Made by a program: the position numbers and the translations under genes. Positions 62,876-64,000 of a DNA stretch of 64,000 nt are shown here, one piece after another (the first letter of the stretch is position 1; the number at the start of each line of letters is the position of its first letter). Source of the DNA: Nitrospirota bacterium. GTDB taxonomy: Bacteria > Nitrospirota > Nitrospiria > Nitrospirales > Nitrospiraceae. The DNA lies in the NCBI GenBank assembly GCA_963701855.1, contig CAVPBK010000006.1, positions 1,024,001 through 1,088,000 of the forward strand. The letters run 5' to 3'. The notes under the pieces were generated by a model. That model did not search any database and was not told where the DNA came from. It saw only the letters and a program-made list of their open reading frames with translations.

Positions 62876-64000
62876 TTAAGACGGGCGAGAGATACCGAGC
62901 TTCTGTATCTTGGATTGCAAGGTCGTTCGCTTCATGCCAAGCTTGGCCGCCGCCCCGGCAGGACCACCGATCGTCCAGTTCGTCTCGCGAAGTGACTTGA
63001 GAATATGCTCGCGCTCGGCTTGCTCAAGGGTCGTGGTGGCGGAGTTTGTTGTAGGACTTGGCGTCCGCTTTAACTCGACAAGTGACACAAACAGATCCTG
63101 TCCTTGGGTAAGAATCACTGCTCGCTCTATGAAATTCTCCAGTTCCCGCACATTGCCGGGCCAGTGATAGGCTTGGAGCGCTTTCATGGCTTCCGACGGG
63201 ATCGTCTCGATGCGCTTCTTCATTCGTTGGGCGAATTTCTGAGCAAAGTGTCGGACCAGCAAGGGAATATCTTCCGTTCGATCGCGCAGGGGAGGGACAG
63301 TAACCGGAAAAACCTTCAGCCGGTAATATAGATCGCTGCGAAACTTCTGCTCCTCCACCATTTGACCAAGATCACGATTGGTCGCGGCAAGTATGCGGAC
63401 ATTGACGCGTATGGTCCTGGTGCTTCCCAGTCGCTCAAATTCCTGCTCTTGGAGCACGCGCAGGAGCTTCACTTGAAGCTCCAGGGGAATTTCTCCTACC
63501 TCGTCGAGGAACAGGGTTCCACGATCAGCTAATTCAAAACGACCGATCTTGGTGGCGATCGCACCGGTGAATGCGCCTTTTTCATGTCCGAAGAGTTCGC
63601 TTTCCAACAGCCCCGTCGGAATCGCAGCGCAATTGAGCTTCACGAATGTTCGCTCTCGCCTATTGCTGAGATTGTGGAGCGCCCTCGCGACCAATTCCTT
63701 CCCGCTCCCTGTCTCGCCCAAGATCAAGACCGTCGAATCAGTCGCCGCCACAGTCTGGACTTCTTTGAGAACCAGCTTGAGAGCCCGGCTGTCCCCGACG
63801 ATTTCCTCAAAGTTGTACGCGGTCTGGATTTCCTCCTGCAGGTACAGCTTTTCCTTTGCGAGCTTGTCCCTCAGCGATGAAATTTCCTGATAGGCCATCG
63901 AATTCGCGGCGGCGAGCGCGACCTGCGCGCCTATTCGGCTGAACAATTTCGCATCGTCGTCGGTGAACGCGTCCTCCTGCATGCTGACGACGCTCAACGT
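62876..64000 (-). CDS. sigma54-dependent activator, FhlA-like GAF-AAA+-HTH (5'-truncated)
   Basis: End of GAF domain, [55 protein letters not shown]. Confidence 0.93.
   Translation of the reverse strand, partial: TLSVVSMQEDAFTDDDAKLFSRIGAQVALAAANSMAYQEISSLRDKLAKEKLYLQEEIQTAYNFEEIVGDSRALKLVLKEVQTVAATDSTVLILGETGSGKELVARALHNLSNRRERTFVKLNCAAIPTGLLESELFGHEKGAFTGAIATKIGRFELADRGTLFLDEVGEIPLELQVKLLRVLQEQEFERLGSTRTIRVNVRILAATNRDLGQMVEEQKFRSDLYYRLKVFPVTVPPLRDRTEDIPLLVRHFAQKFAQRMKKRIETIPSEAMKALQAYHWPGNVRELENFIERAVILTQGQDLFVSLVELKRTPSPTTNSATTTLEQAEREHILKSLRETNWTIGGPAGAAAKLGMKRTTLQSKIQKLGISRPS

Overview
Chromosomal window from a bacterium that looks like Nitrospira. This is inferred from gene content and repeat families, and an AmoD/PmoD-like gene suggests a comammox lineage. 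From left to right: (1) a 5'-truncated SQR-like flavoprotein; (2) a minus-strand operon with a Spy/CpxP-like gene, ECF sigma, anti-sigma, a small periplasmic protein and mdtABC; (3) an accessory region (~12.2-21.9 kb) at the 3' side of tRNA-fMet, with hypothetical genes, a DUF3365 heme-c protein and IS3/IS4 scars; (4) a housekeeping block of fmt-rsmB-rpe and archaeal-type pheS/pheT, convergent with tRNA-Val-thrS-infC-rpmI-rplT; (5) ppk2, a methyltransferase, aqpZ, an FGE-domain gene, tmRNA and MITE-like repeats; (6) small stress/metabolic genes; (7) a large efflux region (STAS-MFP-RND-OMF-HlyD-ABC and TetR-MFP-RND), followed by a Zn-ribbon protein, a small membrane peptide, an AmoD-like protein, a methyltransferase and a 5'-truncated FhlA/NtrC-type sigma54 activator. 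The best candidate for an undescribed system is a local sigma54 regulon: two -24/-12 promoters, each with a pair of TGCCGA-N4-NCGGCA-type palindromes ~100 bp upstream, linking the activator to an orphan AmoD-like gene cluster and to the dual RND/ABC export operon. All calls come from motif recognition by eye; no searches were run.
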